Shown here: positions 37,462 through 52,517 of the stretch, one piece after another
How the letters are laid out: each line of letters begins with the position of its first letter
Numbering within the stretch: position 1 is the stretch's first letter
Source: Paraspadella gotoi
Lineage: Eukaryota > Animalia > Chaetognatha
Assembly (NCBI GenBank): GCA_051294375.1
Contig: CM119270.1
Span: 13,284,741 to 13,348,740, forward strand
Direction: 5' to 3'
DNA: 64,000 nt
The notes under the pieces: generated by a model
Told to the model about the DNA's origin: nothing
The model's input: the letters and a program-made list of their open reading frames with translations, nothing else
Database searches by the model: none
Made by a program: the position numbers and the translations under genes

Positions 37462-38913
37462 GGCGCAGGTGTTGGGGCTTTTTTGTTTAAGAATCTTTCC
37501 AATTGAAATTTCTCAAAATTGTAATTATGAGCGAATTTTGTTTTGCTTCAGAGTTTTTCTCTCTCAATTCTCGATCAACCATTTATCCTCTTCTTTCTCT
37601 CTCGACTTCTTAGACTTTCTTCCTTCTTTTAGCAATATTAATTTTTTAACTTTCTTGAAATCTTCTCTTGTATATCATTACAATGATACAACCCTTAATC
37701 ATCTTCGTCAGAAACCTATCCCTTCATTGAACTTTTCTACTCCAATAGTTTCTTTCATTTTTCTTTTATTTTTGTCTTTTCTTCCTTTTCTTTGCTTACT
37801 TCTCGTTTTCTTTTCTTTTTCCATTTTTTTTATTTTCTTTTTTTCTACTTTTCTTTTTCTCTTTTTTGAAATTTAATGATTGTCTATGAAAATAACAAAA
37901 ATAATCCAAATTTATTGAATGATGACAAAGATGATTTTTTAAGCGCTTATTTTCAAATTTTTAACCCATTTATCATTAAATTTTTAAATTGTCAATACTA
38001 ACCCTTTATTTTCACTTTATCAGAATCAATTTTTTAAAAATTTAATTTCCAAAGAAATTTTTAAAAAATTTTATATATTATTAACTTATTAAAATGTTTC
38101 CATGCATTTTTAGGGAAAATGATTTTTTTAATCAAAATCTAAACATCAAAGTCAATTTGGTATGTAAAAAGGATCAAAATATCTTTTATTACAGACTGTT
38201 TCATATTTGTAAAAATGTTAAATTATGGCCCCGCCTTAATAAGCAATTAAGCCAGAGAGCAGTACTGTTTCAATTATTTAGAATTGTGGTGTAGTTCTCC
38301 ATAATTGAATTTTGAGACATCAGTTTTTATCAATAAAAAAAAAAATAAATAAAAGCAGTGTTCATAAACTTGTTTGGAGTCATAATAATGATTTGTAACA
38401 AATTAGAGTACACTTTTCCAGCTTGCGATGATTGGAGTAGAGGAGGAAAGAGGAAGGAGGTACTCTCTCTTCTCTCTATCTTCTCTCTCCNNNNNNNNNN
38501 NNNNNNNNNNNNNNNATGGATGGATGGATGAATGGATGGATGGAAGGACAAATGATCGAATGATGGACGGATTATCCGTTGGAAGGATTGCCGGATAGAT
38601 AGATGGATGGATGGATGAAGTGATGAATGAATGAATGGAGTTGGATGGATGGATTGATCATTCTATGTATGAATGAATGCATTGATGGAATTATGGACGG
38701 ATAGATGGATTAATTGTAAAACCAATGATTGGATGAGTGAATCAATCGACGAATGAAGAAATAAAATGAATGCCTCTGACAGAAAAGAATGTCTGGCGCA
38801 GGATTAATAGATTGGGCCTTCGAATGAACGAACGAATCGACGACGTGTTGTGATGAATGGATGTCGGGGGTCGAACTCTTTAAATTCATAATCGGCGAAT
38901 CGGCTCGCGTCCC

Positions 38914-38926
38914 CGCCCTCTAGCGG
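38914..38926 (-). promoter_or_regulatory. CTCF-like motif CCGCTAGAGGGCG
   Basis: Matches the core CC(A/G)C(C/T)AG(A/G)(G/T)GGC. A noisier copy lies at ~35176-35189. Confidence 0.35.
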
Positions 38927-40234
38927 CCAAAGGGCGACGATTCGTCTCTTCGTCATTCCTCGATTCATCGCCATCGAAACGGATCGAGAATGAGTAAGGG
39001 ATGGTTTCACTTTGGTTACCGTTTAGTATTGTGAATTATGTAAAAGCGTTAGTGGGTTTTAAAGGTTTTAACGAATGTCGCCATTTGATCGCAACGTTGA
39101 GAAAATTGATGAAGACGGACGAGGAATCCAAAGCGCCATCTTTTTTGTTACGCGAATAACAACAAAATAACCAGAAGGGAAGAGAAAAAGAAAAATGAAT
39201 TCTGAAAATATCTCCGTCGTTACGGGAAATTTGATCCGCGATCGAAAAAAAACCTTAATGGGTTCAAAGAAAATCGCGCCATCGAGATCGCGCGCTGCTC
39301 CGGTAAAGCTCGCGTTCGCATGGGGGGAGGTAGGATCGTGGTCTCCGGACTTACAATCTTCTCTCGAAGGAATTTCACGCGAGCCATTACGTGAAAATCG
39401 AGGGTGAGGACTCACGAGAGACCACGAAAAGTAAAATGGTGAGTAAACGGGGGGAAAAAGTTTGCAGGTCGAACTCGAGTCGATCTTGATGAACTTTTCA
39501 GCTCGAGAAAAAAAAAACCAATGGGAGCCGCTTAAGGGGACCAAGTGAACAGGGGGGGTAAAAAGCTGATAACATAACGTTTGACCCTTTAACTTAAGCT
39601 GGTTCTGATCATATAATTTTTTCTTCTATAATCATTTGGGAAAGTAGTTAAAAAATTCGATAAAATCAGCGAGCTTAATTTTCTTTAAAAAATCGGTAAG
39701 AAGAAAATCTTTTTCAAGTTTAAAAATTTTTTTCCCAAAAAAGAGTAATATCTAATTTTAAAAAGGTTTTCAGCTTTTATTACAAAAATTTATAAGAAAA
39801 AAAACTAGGAATGAATCAAAATTTAAGGTATCGACTGATTTTATTTAAACTTTCTTTTTAAATGATTCTGTTAATTGGATAAAAATAAAACTCTTTGAAG
39901 TAATATAAATATAAAAAAAAGAAAAAGATTCTATACTTTTGTTAAATTTTTAGTTATTATAATTAGGAATCAATATAGCTTAATAATACATTTAAGGGAT
40001 GAATATGAATATTAATTAATAATTATTATAATTTTGTTTCTGTAAGAATAGAATTTAGGTTTGATTTGTGTGCTTTTAAGTAAATATGAAAATATAAAGA
40101 TATTAGTCTTGTAAAGCCTTTGTTCAATGAGGCTTNNNNNNNNNNNNNNNNNNNNNNNNNGTCTCCCCTTTACCCATCCCCTTTCCCAACTCCCCCCCCA
40201 AATGCGCTTCCCCAGGCCGCTAAAAAGTCCTTAA

Positions 40235-41107
40235 GGGACCCAGTGATAAAATGATATCATAAGCTTAAGGGTCTAATCATCAAAAGGAATTTGAATGGTG
40301 ATAGTCATTAATTTTTCTTTGCATGGGAAAGTGGCAAAAAAATTTTATCTCTTATTGTAGCGGAAACAAAAATTTAATAATTATAAAAAAAATTTAGTTG
40401 ACCCTACCTAAATATTTATATATCCATTATTTTTATTTTGTATTAGAAAATATTTTTTACTAAATTCCAATTTTTATTTGTTACTGTACAAAGCTACAAT
40501 TTTAGGTTTAAGCCTATTGAACAAAGGCTTACAAGATAATATTTTTATATTTTTATATTTACTTAAAAGCAGACAAATCAAACCTAAATTCTATTCTTAC
40601 AGAAACAAAACTGTAATAATTATTAATTAATATTATATTATTCATCCTTAAATGTATTATTAAACTTTATTGATTCTTAATTATAACAATTTAAAAATTT
40701 AGCAAAAGTACAGAATCTTTCTCTTTTTTTATATTTATATTACTTCAAAAAGTTTTATTTCCTCCAAATTAACAGAATCATTTGAAAGAAAGTTTAAATA
40801 AAATCAGTCATACCTTTAAATTTTTGATTCATTCCTAGTTTTTTTCTTATAAATTTTTTTAGATAAAAAAGCTGAAAACTTTTTAAAAATTAGATATTAT
40901 CTTTTTTGGGAAAAAAATTTTTAAACTTGAAAAAGATTTTCTTCTACCGATTTTTTAAAGAAAATTAAGCTCGCTGATTTTTATCGAAATTTTTTAACTA
41001 CTTTCCAAATGATATAGAAAAAAAAATATATGATCAGAAACGCAGCTTAGTTAAAGGGTCAAACGTTATGGTTACACTTTTTTACGCCCCCTGTTCACTT
41101 GGTCCCC
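40235..41107. mobile_element. Second assembled copy of the TTAA/GG..CC element
   Basis: TTAA|GGGACCCAGTGA..TCACTTGGTCCCC|TTAA. Confidence 0.72.
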
Positions 41108-43173
41108 TTAAGGGGAGGAGCACAAGTTTTGGCTTATTATTCATTAGTTAGAGCTTAATTTTCTACTTATAACCGTACGAAAACCGCAGCCCTCTATCTT
41201 TTCTGAAACCGGAGATATAGAGGTTTACCAATAAAATTTTCTTTGAAAAAATTCCTTGGCGCCACTGATTGTCGCGAGTCATTCATTTTTGGTTACAATA
41301 TTTTTTTCCTTCTTCCTGAATATCTTTGCGTCCCAGGCATCCCTTTTTTTAAAATTCCTACATCTTCATAGAAAAAAGTACAAAGATTATGAAATGACCA
41401 AATCTTAGGTGAACGCAAAAAAAAAATATAAAAAAAATTATTTTCGCCAAAAGCGATGCTAAGGGACCTGGGAAATCGCCTAAATTATCTAATGAACAAG
41501 TCGCGCTATTTTTATCTTTCTTTGTTTCTTTTATCTGAATTTTTTCGTTTCAAAAACTTTTTATTTGATTTTCCGAAAACTTTTTTCAGCAGTAAGTGAT
41601 ATTTTTTTTGTCTTTGAATTTCAAGAAGGTTTTTTTATTTTTTATTCTACTGCCCCACTAAACAAGAAAGCATAATGGAAAGCGATCGCTTACGCCATGC
41701 GATACTTCAGAAACAACAAAGGAAAGTTGCCGTAAAAATCAATTTACCTGTCTTAATCCTACTTTTCGTCAAGAAATTTTACAATTTGATAAAAAAAATG
41801 AAATTGGCGAAAGCAAGCGTTTGGAGAGAATAATAACAAAACATGCAATGAGGAAAGTGAATCAACCATAGCAGGTAATAACCAAACGAACAGAATAATA
41901 AATAAGACCATTGTAAAAAATTCCGCCCTTTGTTAATTGTAAATCATCGAAGCCCTTCTTGCCGTATGACTGATCATGCGATGATCAATATCTCTCTCTC
42001 GCTCTATCTCTCTCTCTCTGAGATCTGGCTGGGATGACTCAGTGTCAGGATCTGGGATTGTCAAACGACGACGATTAATTTGAACGATAAATTAATTAGT
42101 TTTGGTTTTGGTTATAGTTCAAGGTTAGATTAGGGAATAGTATTAGGGTAGGAATTAGTCGTGTTTTTCCAAAAGCTATTTTTGCAATAAAAAATCCTGC
42201 TTGCTGGGTGACTCAGCAAGAGAAAGAATTAAGCCTCCGACAGGGCATCGGATCGACGGAAACGACGACGATAATTTTGAACGATTGGGGGAAGCTATGC
42301 GACATGAGAGCGGACAATTGAAGCAGCAAAAGAGACGAGTTTTTGTTTTGTTTGAGTCCGCTGCTTCAGGAAGCTGCAGCAGGGCGGCTTCGATTGAAAA
42401 AAAAATCGCTTTAGGCGATTTACTTTACCCTTGAATTTGGTCATTTTTTCCATTTTCTATCAATTTTTCTTCTCTTACTAGGAGCTTTTATTCATTTTTT
42501 TAACAGCAAGTTGAAAAAAGTATGCAAGTTGAAAAAAGTATGCAAGTTGAAAAAAATTATGCAAGTTGGAAAAAATTATGCAAGTTGAAAAAATTATGCA
42601 AGTTGAAAAATTATGCCAAGTTGAAATAAAATTATTGGCAAGTTGAAAAATGATCAAGTTGAAAAATGATACAAGTTGAAAAAATGATGCAAGTTGAAAA
42701 AATGATGCAAGTTGAAAAAATGATTGCAAAGTTGAAAAAAAATGATGCAATGTTGAAAAAATGATGCAAGTTGAAAAAATGATGCAAGTGAAAAATGATG
42801 CAAGTTGAAAAAATATGAAGTAAAAAAATACAAATTTAAAAAATATAGTAAAAATTTGATTACAAATAAAAAAAATATTTTAGTGCTACAGTAACTGTTT
42901 AATTTAACCCTTGAAAGCGATTTACATGTGTGGCTGCAGCCACTGGTAATTATTTGATCACAATCTTGATTTTTGGCAACGAAATATGATGAATGCATCG
43001 ACGACAATGATTAACAACGTTACTGAATGATTAATTAATTGATTAATTGATGATTTAGCAGATACGGCTATAAAAGATTCCGAGTTTCACCTCCATCCCG
43101 CCCTTCAAAAAAAGGGTTCCGTCAACGAGGACACAAACATCAGATTTCCTTGTTGATATCGTCTTCGTCTTTT

Positions 43174-43174
<1 letters not shown>
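41087..43174 (+). repeat. Segment J, apparently identical to 49321-51408
   Basis: Constant offset of 8234 at both ends and identical ORFs (42201/50435, 42478/50712, 42654/50888). Confidence 0.96.
42506..42813. repeat. ~18-21-bp minisatellite (TGCAAGTTGAAAAAATGA), ~16 units
   Basis: Direct reading; duplicated at 50740-51047. Confidence 0.93.
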
Positions 43175-43211
<37 letters not shown>

Positions 43212-43853
43212 GATTGGAAAGAAGAGACAAGCGCCCGAGGGTTAACGTGGAGCGAGCGCTAAATGGAACCAAAGGAAATACCAGAAAAGACAATCGTCCC
43301 TTACATTTTCGCACTCCAAACCTTAGAAAACTGTACGACTCTCTCATACGTCCGTTTCTTTTTCGTACGTACTCTGAGCGGAGGCGTCCGAACGAGGGCG
43401 ACGCTTGCCAAGGATACTTACGCGCGCGTACGCGGGGGCGGAAATACTAGATTCATCTTGACGCTCAGACGCGATGCCAGTCGCTCAACGGATTCGCTCT
43501 TCGCCGGCGCCGCTGCCACCCCGACGGCGCCGCTGCCACCCCGACGGCGCCGCTGCTGGGGCCGCCAATGCGACCCGCGCGTCTTTGGGACGTTTGACGC
43601 GAAAAAGTTTTCTTTCTTTTTTGACGAAAAGAAAAAAAAAGAAAGAAATGGCGCGCGCGCGGTTCGTTGTTGGTGGTCTTGTTGTTTCCTTTTTTGGCGC
43701 GCGCGTGGCACGAGAATGGCGCGTTGGCGTGGATTTCGAGACCCGGAAGTGAAGGCGGATGTGAAGAAGCGTGAGCGGTCGATTGTGGGCGTGGTCTGGC
43801 ATCTAGGGACGCCGGAAGTAACTTTCTTTATCTCTTTCTTTATCTCTTTCTTT

Positions 43854-43991
<138 letters not shown>

Positions 43992-45362
43992 TCGTATAGA
44001 GAGAGTGTGGAATGTTAAAAAAGAAACGGGATCTATGTGTTAACACTAAAATTTTAAACTATGTATATAGTTAGTCTACCTTGTAATTTTTTTGCGAATT
44101 TATTTACATTTCTTTAAATAATGAGTATATCTGTGGTGAACGACCACCACGTGCGTCTGCGCCTCACTAGNNNNNNNNNNNNNNNNNNNNNNNNNNNNNN
44201 NNNNNNNNNNNNNNNNNNNNNNNNNNNNNNNNNNNNNNNNNNNNNNNNNNNNNNNNNNNNNNNNNNNNNNNNNNNNNNNNNNNNNNNNNNNNNNNNNNNN
44301 NNNNNNNNNNNNNNNNNNNNNNNNNNNNNNNNNNNNNNNNNNNNNNNNNNNNNNNNNNNNNNNNNNNNNNNNNNNNNNNNNNNNNNNNNNNNNNNNNNNN
44401 NNNNNNNNNNNNNNNNNNNNNNNNNNNNNNNNNNNNNNNNNNNNNNNNNNNNNNNNNNNNNNNNNNNNNNNNNNNNNNNNNNNNNNNNNNNNNNNNNNNN
44501 NNNNNNNNNNNNNNNNNNNNNNNNNNNNNNNNNNNNNNNNNNNNNNNNNNNNNNNNNNNNNNNNNNNNNNNNNNNNNNNNNNNNNNNNNNNNNNNNNNNN
44601 NNNNNNNNNNNNNNNNNNNNNNNNNNNNNNNNNNNNNNNNNNNNNNNNNNNNNNNNNNNNNNNNNNNNNNNNNNNNNNNNNNNNNNNNNNNNNNNNNNNN
44701 NNNNNNNNNNNNNNNNNNNNNNNNNNNNNNNNNNNNNNNNNNNNNNNNNNNNNNNNNNNNNNNNNNNNNNNTTCGTCAATAAGATTAAAAATGTTTTCCA
44801 GAACAAAATCATTTATTTGTTCATTTAAAAATCGCTATAATAAAATAATCCAAAGCATATAGATTATTCATAGATTTCCAAAAGAGTATCTAATATGCAC
44901 AAAACAAGCAAAAGGAAATAATACTAACAATCATAAGGAATACATTAAAATCAATGAGCTTTAACAATTAGAATAAGTATTCAACACTGTAGTGATGGAC
45001 AGTAAGTGTTGATAACAAATTCTTTACCAGAAGAGAAGCTAAGAACTTAAATGAATATAACAGAAATGAGAACTATTAAATACTACCTAGTGTACCTATT
45101 AAAAATATAAGGTTATAATGTTCCTTGTTCAACATAATCAATATGACATGCTATAGATATTAATGCAAAGGGAATACTATATTTAATTACATGTGATTCA
45201 ATAAATTTTTATTGTTAAATGTATAAATTAGTTTAAGGTAATATTATTGGGCGATTTGCCCACTCCGTCACGTGGGAAAGCGATCTCTCTCTTTAAAGGC
45301 CAATCGATGGGAGCGACCTTGGCTTTGGCGGAAAAAGAGAGAAAGAAAGAAAGAAATGTAAT

Positions 45363-45400
<38 letters not shown>

Positions 45401-45512
45401 ATTGTCATAGTACATGTTTCGACTCTGTTGATTCGAGTCTTCATCAGCTTTGAAAAACATTATCAAAATGCTCTACACATTAAGTTAGAGAGAGAGAGAG
45501 AAGTAGATGAGA

Positions 45513-45611
<99 letters not shown>

Positions 45612-45715
45612 AGGGAGAGTTTCCAACAAAGGGCTGAGTTAAGGACAGTGGCCAGATGAGAGGACAGGTGAAGGTAAGAACAAAGAAGAAGATAATTTTG
45701 AAATGGTGAAGAAGT

Positions 45716-45753
<38 letters not shown>

Positions 45754-46032
45754 ATTACATTTCTTTCTTTCTTTCTCTCTTTTTCCGCCAAAGCCAAGGT
45801 CGCTCCCATCGATTGGCCTTTCGCCTTCTCCTCTTTCCTCTTCCGCTTCTCCTCCCTCTCACCCATTCTGACCAGTCCTCCGCCCCCCCCCCCGCCCCCC
45901 CCCTCCTCAGCGCCAATCTCAATTGCGTCTTGCACAAGAGTCAGCGATGCGCTCGTCTACATCCGGGGACTCGATTCTGCCGCCGACGGACCATGTCATC
46001 TCCGAAGCGTGAGATCGTCACACCGGCTCATC

Positions 46033-46113
<81 letters not shown>

Positions 46114-48336
46114 CTCTCTCTCTCTCTCACTGACTTCCCCTTCCCAAAATTGAATTATTAGATAAATAAAACATTTTTAAAAAAGAAAGCAATATATATT
46201 GTTTAAATAATATAGATTAAATACTAAATCCTTCATAAAATATAAAATAGAAAATATGTGAAACAAGTAATTTGCAAATTTTCATACAAAGAACCGGATG
46301 GAGGCCATTTAAAAAAAAAACAAACCCGGATGTGGTTAATTTTAAAAAAAAAATAAAACCGGATATCTGAAATTTTTAAGAAAAACCCGGATGCAATCAA
46401 TTACACTGACGAGTTCGTCGCTTCAGTCGCTCCGACGTCAAAAAAATCTCTCTCCCTCGCCTCCCCCCCCCCAAACGAGGAAAGGATTCGAAAACTGTCA
46501 GTTCATAAGAGCCGATATCTCCTCCTCCTCTTCATCCTCCTCCTCCTCCTCCTCCCTCCTAATATCCTTCCACGGAGGGAGAAGTCTTTCGGACCCAAGT
46601 CGAGACAGAGCGGTCATTGACTTACCCCGCAGTGGAGCGATTCGTTGGGTTGGGAAATAAACTATGGACCGAAAGATGATTTTAGTGCCGTTTTAGAGAG
46701 AGAGAGAGAGAGAGAGATAGATAGAGAGATAGAGAGAGAGAGAGATTTGATTTATTTTGATTTGATTTATTATGCTCAAAATGTGAAAGTTTAACACAGT
46801 AACAATGCGATTGTTAATGAGCTGTACATAACTACATATATTAAATATGTATTAGATATGTGGGATTTGATCCCGGTTTTCTTCGCTTTCCAAGTTGACG
46901 GAGTTGGGCAAATCGCCAAATAATATTACCTTAAACTAATATACAATTTAACAATAAACAATTTATTGAATCACTGTAATTAAATATAGATATTCCCTTT
47001 GCATTAATTATTATAGCATGTCATATTGATTATGTTGAACAAGAGAACATTATAACCTTATATTTTAATAGGGTACACTAGTAGTATAATAGTTCTCATT
47101 TCTGTTATATCATTTAGTTCTTAGTTCTTTCTGGTAAAGAATTTGTTATCAACACTTACTGTCCATCACTACAGTTTGAATACTTATTCTAATTGTTAAG
47201 CTTCATTGATTTTATGTATTCCTTATTGATTTGTTAGTATTATTTCCTTTTGCTTGTTTGTGCATATAGATACTCTATGGAATTCTATGGAATATCTATA
47301 TGCTTTGATTATTTTATTAAGTCGATTTTATAAATGAACAAATAAATGATTTTGTTCTGGAAAAACATTTTTATCTTTTGAACGAACTAGTGAGGCGCAG
47401 ACGCACGTGGTGGTCGTTCACCACAGATATAACTCATTATTTAAAGAAATGTTAAATAAATTCGCAAAAAAATAAAGGTGACTAACTATATACATAGTTT
47501 AAAATTTTAGTGTTAACACATAGATCCCGTTTTCTTTTTTAACATTCCACACTCTCTCTATACGAATGATTTGAGAGAGAGGAGAGGGAGAGAGAGATGA
47601 GAGAGAGAGAGAGAGAGAGAGAGAAGATAGACGAGAGAGAGCAGAACGAGAGAGGAGAGAGTTAAAGAAAGAGATAAAGAAAGAGATAAGAAAGTTACTT
47701 CCGGCGTCCCTAGATCCAGACCACGCCCACAATCGACCGCTCACGCTTCTTCACATCCGACCTTCACTTTCCGGGTCTCGAAATCCACGCCAACGCGCCA
47801 TTTCTCGCTGCCACGCGCGCCGCCAAAAAAGGGAAAAACAACAAGACACACAACAAACGAACCGCTGCCGCGCCATTTCTTTCTTTTTTTTCTTTTCGTT
47901 CAAAAAAAGAGAGAAAACTTTTTCGCGTCAAACGTCCCAAAGACGCGCGGGTCGCATTGGCGGCCCCAGCAAGCGGGCGCCGTCGGGATGGTGGCAGCGG
48001 CGCCGTCGGGGTGGCAGCGGCGGCCGGCGAACGAAGCGAATCGTTGAGCGACTGGCATCGCGTCTGAGCTGTCAAGATGAATCTAGTATTTCCGCCCCGC
48101 GTACGCGCGCGTAAGTATCCTTGGCAAGCGTCCGCCCTCGTTCGGACGCCTCCGCTCAGAAGTACGTACCGAAAAGAAACGGACGTATGAGAGAGTCGTA
48201 CCAGTTTTCTAAGTTTGGAGTGCGAAAAATGTAAGGGACGATTGTCTTTTTCTGGTATTTCTTTGGTTCCATTTAGCGCTCGCTCCAGCGTTAAACCCTC
48301 GGGCGCTTGTCTCTTCTTTCCAATCACAATACTCTC

Positions 48337-48368
<32 letters not shown>

Positions 48369-48446
48369 GTCTCCCTTCTACCCATCCCCTTTTCCCCAAC
48401 TCCCCCCCCCAAATGCGGCTTCCCCAGGCCGCTAAAAAGTCCTTAA

Positions 48447-49341
48447 GGGGACCCAGTGATAAAAATGATATCATAAGCTTAAGGGATCTAATCATCAAGA
48501 ATATTGAATGGTGATAGTCGAGTTAATTTTTCTTTGCATGGGAAAAGTGGCAAAAAAAATTATTATCTCTTATTGTAGCGGAAACAAAAATTTAATAATT
48601 ATGAAAAAAAATTTAGTTGACCCTACCCTAAATTATTTATATAATCCATTATTTTATTTTGTATTAGAAAATATTTTTTACTAAATTCCAATTTTTATTT
48701 GTTACTGTACAAAGCTACCAATTTTAGGTTTAAGCCTCATTGAACAAAGGCTTTACAAGACTAATATTTTTATATTTTTATATTTACTTAAAGCAGACCA
48801 AATCAAACCTAAATTCTATTCTTACAGAACAAAACTGTAATAATTATTAATTAATATTTATATTATTCATCCTTAAATGTATTATTAAACTTTATTGATT
48901 CTTAATTTATAACAATTAAAATTTAGCAAAAGTACAGAATCTTTCTCTTTTTTTATATTTATATTACTTCAAAAAGTTTTATTTTCCTCCAATTAACAGA
49001 AATCATTTGAAAAGAAAGTTTAAATAAAATCAGTCGATACCTTAAATTTTTGATTCATTCCTAGTTTTTTTCTTATAAATTTTTGTTAACTAAAAAAGCT
49101 GAAAACCTTTTTAAAAATTAGATATTACTCTTTTTTGGGAAAAAAATTTTTAAACTTGAAAAAGATTTTCTTTCTTACCGATTTTTTAAAGAAAATTAAG
49201 CTCGCTGATTTTATCGAAATTTTTTAACTACTTTCCCAAATGATTATAGAAGAAAAAAATATATGATCAGAACCAGCCTAAGTTAAAGGGTCAAACGTTA
49301 ATTGTTATCAGCTTTTTACCCCCCCTGTTCACTTGGTCCCC
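48447..49341. mobile_element. Third assembled copy of the TTAA/GG..CC element
   Basis: TTAA|GGGGACCCAGTGA..TCACTTGGTCCCC|TTAA. Confidence 0.72.
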
Positions 49342-50739
49342 TTAAGGGGAGGAGCACAAGTTTTGGCTTATTATTCATTAGTTAGAGCTTAATTTTCTAC
49401 TTATAACCGTACGAAAACCGCAGCCCTCTATCTTTTCTGAAACCGGAGATATAGAGGTTTACCAATAAAATTTTCTTTGAAAAAATTCCTTGGCGCCACT
49501 GATTGTCGCGAGTCATTCATTTTTGGTTACAATATTTTTTTCCTTCTTCCTGAATATCTTTGCGTCCCAGGCATCCCTTTTTTTAAAATTCCTACATCTT
49601 CATAGAAAAAAGTACAAAGATTATGAAATGACCAAATCTTAGGTGAACGCAAAAAAAAAATATAAAAAAAATTATTTTCGCCAAAAGCGATGCTAAGGGA
49701 CCTGGGAAATCGCCTAAATTATCTAATGAACAAGTCGCGCTATTTTTATCTTTCTTTGTTTCTTTTATCTGAATTTTTTCGTTTCAAAAACTTTTTATTT
49801 GATTTTCCGAAAACTTTTTTCAGCAGTAAGTGATATTTTTTTTGTCTTTGAATTTCAAGAAGGTTTTTTTATTTTTTATTCTACTGCCCCACTAAACAAG
49901 AAAGCATAATGGAAAGCGATCGCTTACGCCATGCGATACTTCAGAAACAACAAAGGAAAGTTGCCGTAAAAATCAATTTACCTGTCTTAATCCTACTTTT
50001 CGTCAAGAAATTTTACAATTTGATAAAAAAAATGAAATTGGCGAAAGCAAGCGTTTGGAGAGAATAATAACAAAACATGCAATGAGGAAAGTGAATCAAC
50101 CATAGCAGGTAATAACCAAACGAACAGAATAATAAATAAGACCATTGTAAAAAATTCCGCCCTTTGTTAATTGTAAATCATCGAAGCCCTTCTTGCCGTA
50201 TGACTGATCATGCGATGATCAATATCTCTCTCTCGCTCTATCTCTCTCTCTCTGAGATCTGGCTGGGATGACTCAGTGTCAGGATCTGGGATTGTCAAAC
50301 GACGACGATTAATTTGAACGATAAATTAATTAGTTTTGGTTTTGGTTATAGTTCAAGGTTAGATTAGGGAATAGTATTAGGGTAGGAATTAGTCGTGTTT
50401 TTCCAAAAGCTATTTTTGCAATAAAAAATCCTGCTTGCTGGGTGACTCAGCAAGAGAAAGAATTAAGCCTCCGACAGGGCATCGGATCGACGGAAACGAC
50501 GACGATAATTTTGAACGATTGGGGGAAGCTATGCGACATGAGAGCGGACAATTGAAGCAGCAAAAGAGACGAGTTTTTGTTTTGTTTGAGTCCGCTGCTT
50601 CAGGAAGCTGCAGCAGGGCGGCTTCGATTGAAAAAAAAATCGCTTTAGGCGATTTACTTTACCCTTGAATTTGGTCATTTTTTCCATTTTCTATCAATTT
50701 TTCTTCTCTTACTAGGAGCTTTTATTCATTTTTTTAACA

Positions 50740-51047
50740 GCAAGTTGAAAAAAGTATGCAAGTTGAAAAAAGTATGCAAGTTGAAAAAAATTATGCAAGT
50801 TGGAAAAAATTATGCAAGTTGAAAAAATTATGCAAGTTGAAAAATTATGCCAAGTTGAAATAAAATTATTGGCAAGTTGAAAAATGATCAAGTTGAAAAA
50901 TGATACAAGTTGAAAAAATGATGCAAGTTGAAAAAATGATGCAAGTTGAAAAAATGATTGCAAAGTTGAAAAAAAATGATGCAATGTTGAAAAAATGATG
51001 CAAGTTGAAAAAATGATGCAAGTGAAAAATGATGCAAGTTGAAAAAA
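50740..51047. repeat. Duplicate of the ~19-bp minisatellite
   Basis: Part of the segment J copy. Confidence 0.92.
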
Positions 51048-51511
51048 TATGAAGTAAAAAAATACAAATTTAAAAAATATAGTAAAAATTTGATTACAAA
51101 TAAAAAAAATATTTTAGTGCTACAGTAACTGTTTAATTTAACCCTTGAAAGCGATTTACATGTGTGGCTGCAGCCACTGGTAATTATTTGATCACAATCT
51201 TGATTTTTGGCAACGAAATATGATGAATGCATCGACGACAATGATTAACAACGTTACTGAATGATTAATTAATTGATTAATTGATGATTTAGCAGATACG
51301 GCTATAAAAGATTCCGAGTTTCACCTCCATCCCGCCCTTCAAAAAAAGGGTTCCGTCAACGAGGACACAAACATCAGATTTCCTTGTTGATATCGTCTTC
51401 GTCTTTTTNNNNNNNNNNNNNNNNNNNNNNNNNAAAATCGTTGTATTGGCAAACAATAAACAATTCCTAAGAAAGAAATAATAAATGAAAGAAAGAAATA
51501 ATAAATGAAAA

Positions 51512-51595
<84 letters not shown>

Positions 51596-52167
51596 ATGAA
51601 AGAAATAATAAATGAAAGAAAGAAATAATAAATGAAAGAAAGAAAGAAAGTGGCGAAAGAGAGTGACCAATCGAAAGGAGAGTGGATGCAGAAGTGCAGT
51701 TAAAGAGAAGAAGAAGAGAAAAGTGTGTTGACTGGAGTGAGGAAGAGTAACGACAGTGTTAACAGGAGTGAGGAAGAGAAGGGCGAGTGTTGACAGGAGT
51801 GGAGCAACCGAGAAAAAAAGAAAACGAGTTTTTTATGATAATTAGTCGCGAACGCAGGAAAACCTGGAAGCGGCTCCTGGTCGAGGGGAGAAAGAGGAAA
51901 GAAAAGAAAAGGGAGGAAAGGAGAAGGGGGAAGAGATGGATGGAGTGATAGATTCGAGGAGGAGGTGGTGAAAGATCGAGGATCGAGAGAAAATTAAAGA
52001 AAGAGACAGACTAATGAAAAGAGAGGAAACGGAGAAAAAAAAAAAGAAGAATATACAAGCCAAAAAAAAATAAGGTAGGAAGAAAAGGAGACAAAGTAAG
52101 ATACGAGGCACGAGAGGAAACGACAAAGTGAGGCTAATTAGAATAAAGAGACACGACGGGAAGCTGA

Positions 52168-52204
<37 letters not shown>

Positions 52205-52464
52205 CGTCGTGGGCGGTGACGAGGACGAAAACTCCCGACGTCGACAACGATAACAACGATGACGTCTTGGGGAACAACGACACAGACTAAGACGCAGCTG
52301 ACAGAAGAGACGATGCGACGAAAACGAGGCGACGAAGAAGAAAATAAAGCGACGATGACGACGATGACGACGACGACGACGACAAAAAAGAGTCTCCACG
52401 GAATTCCCCGGAAACGCTTCGTGTCTTTTGCGCTTAACTACCGAAAGAGAAAGGGAGAGAGAGA

Positions 52465-52517
<53 letters not shown>

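Noticed and set aside
42095-42155. TTAGGG-like words suggesting telomeric repeats
   Set aside because: Only two or three scattered, degenerate units rather than a tandem array.
42506-42813. Regular CAAGTTGAAAAA repeats as a CRISPR array
   Set aside because: Head-to-tail ~19-bp units without unique spacers, a eukaryotic context and no cas genes.
44114-44828. ORFs spanning N-runs (also 6220-6992)
   Set aside because: Artefacts of translating gaps.
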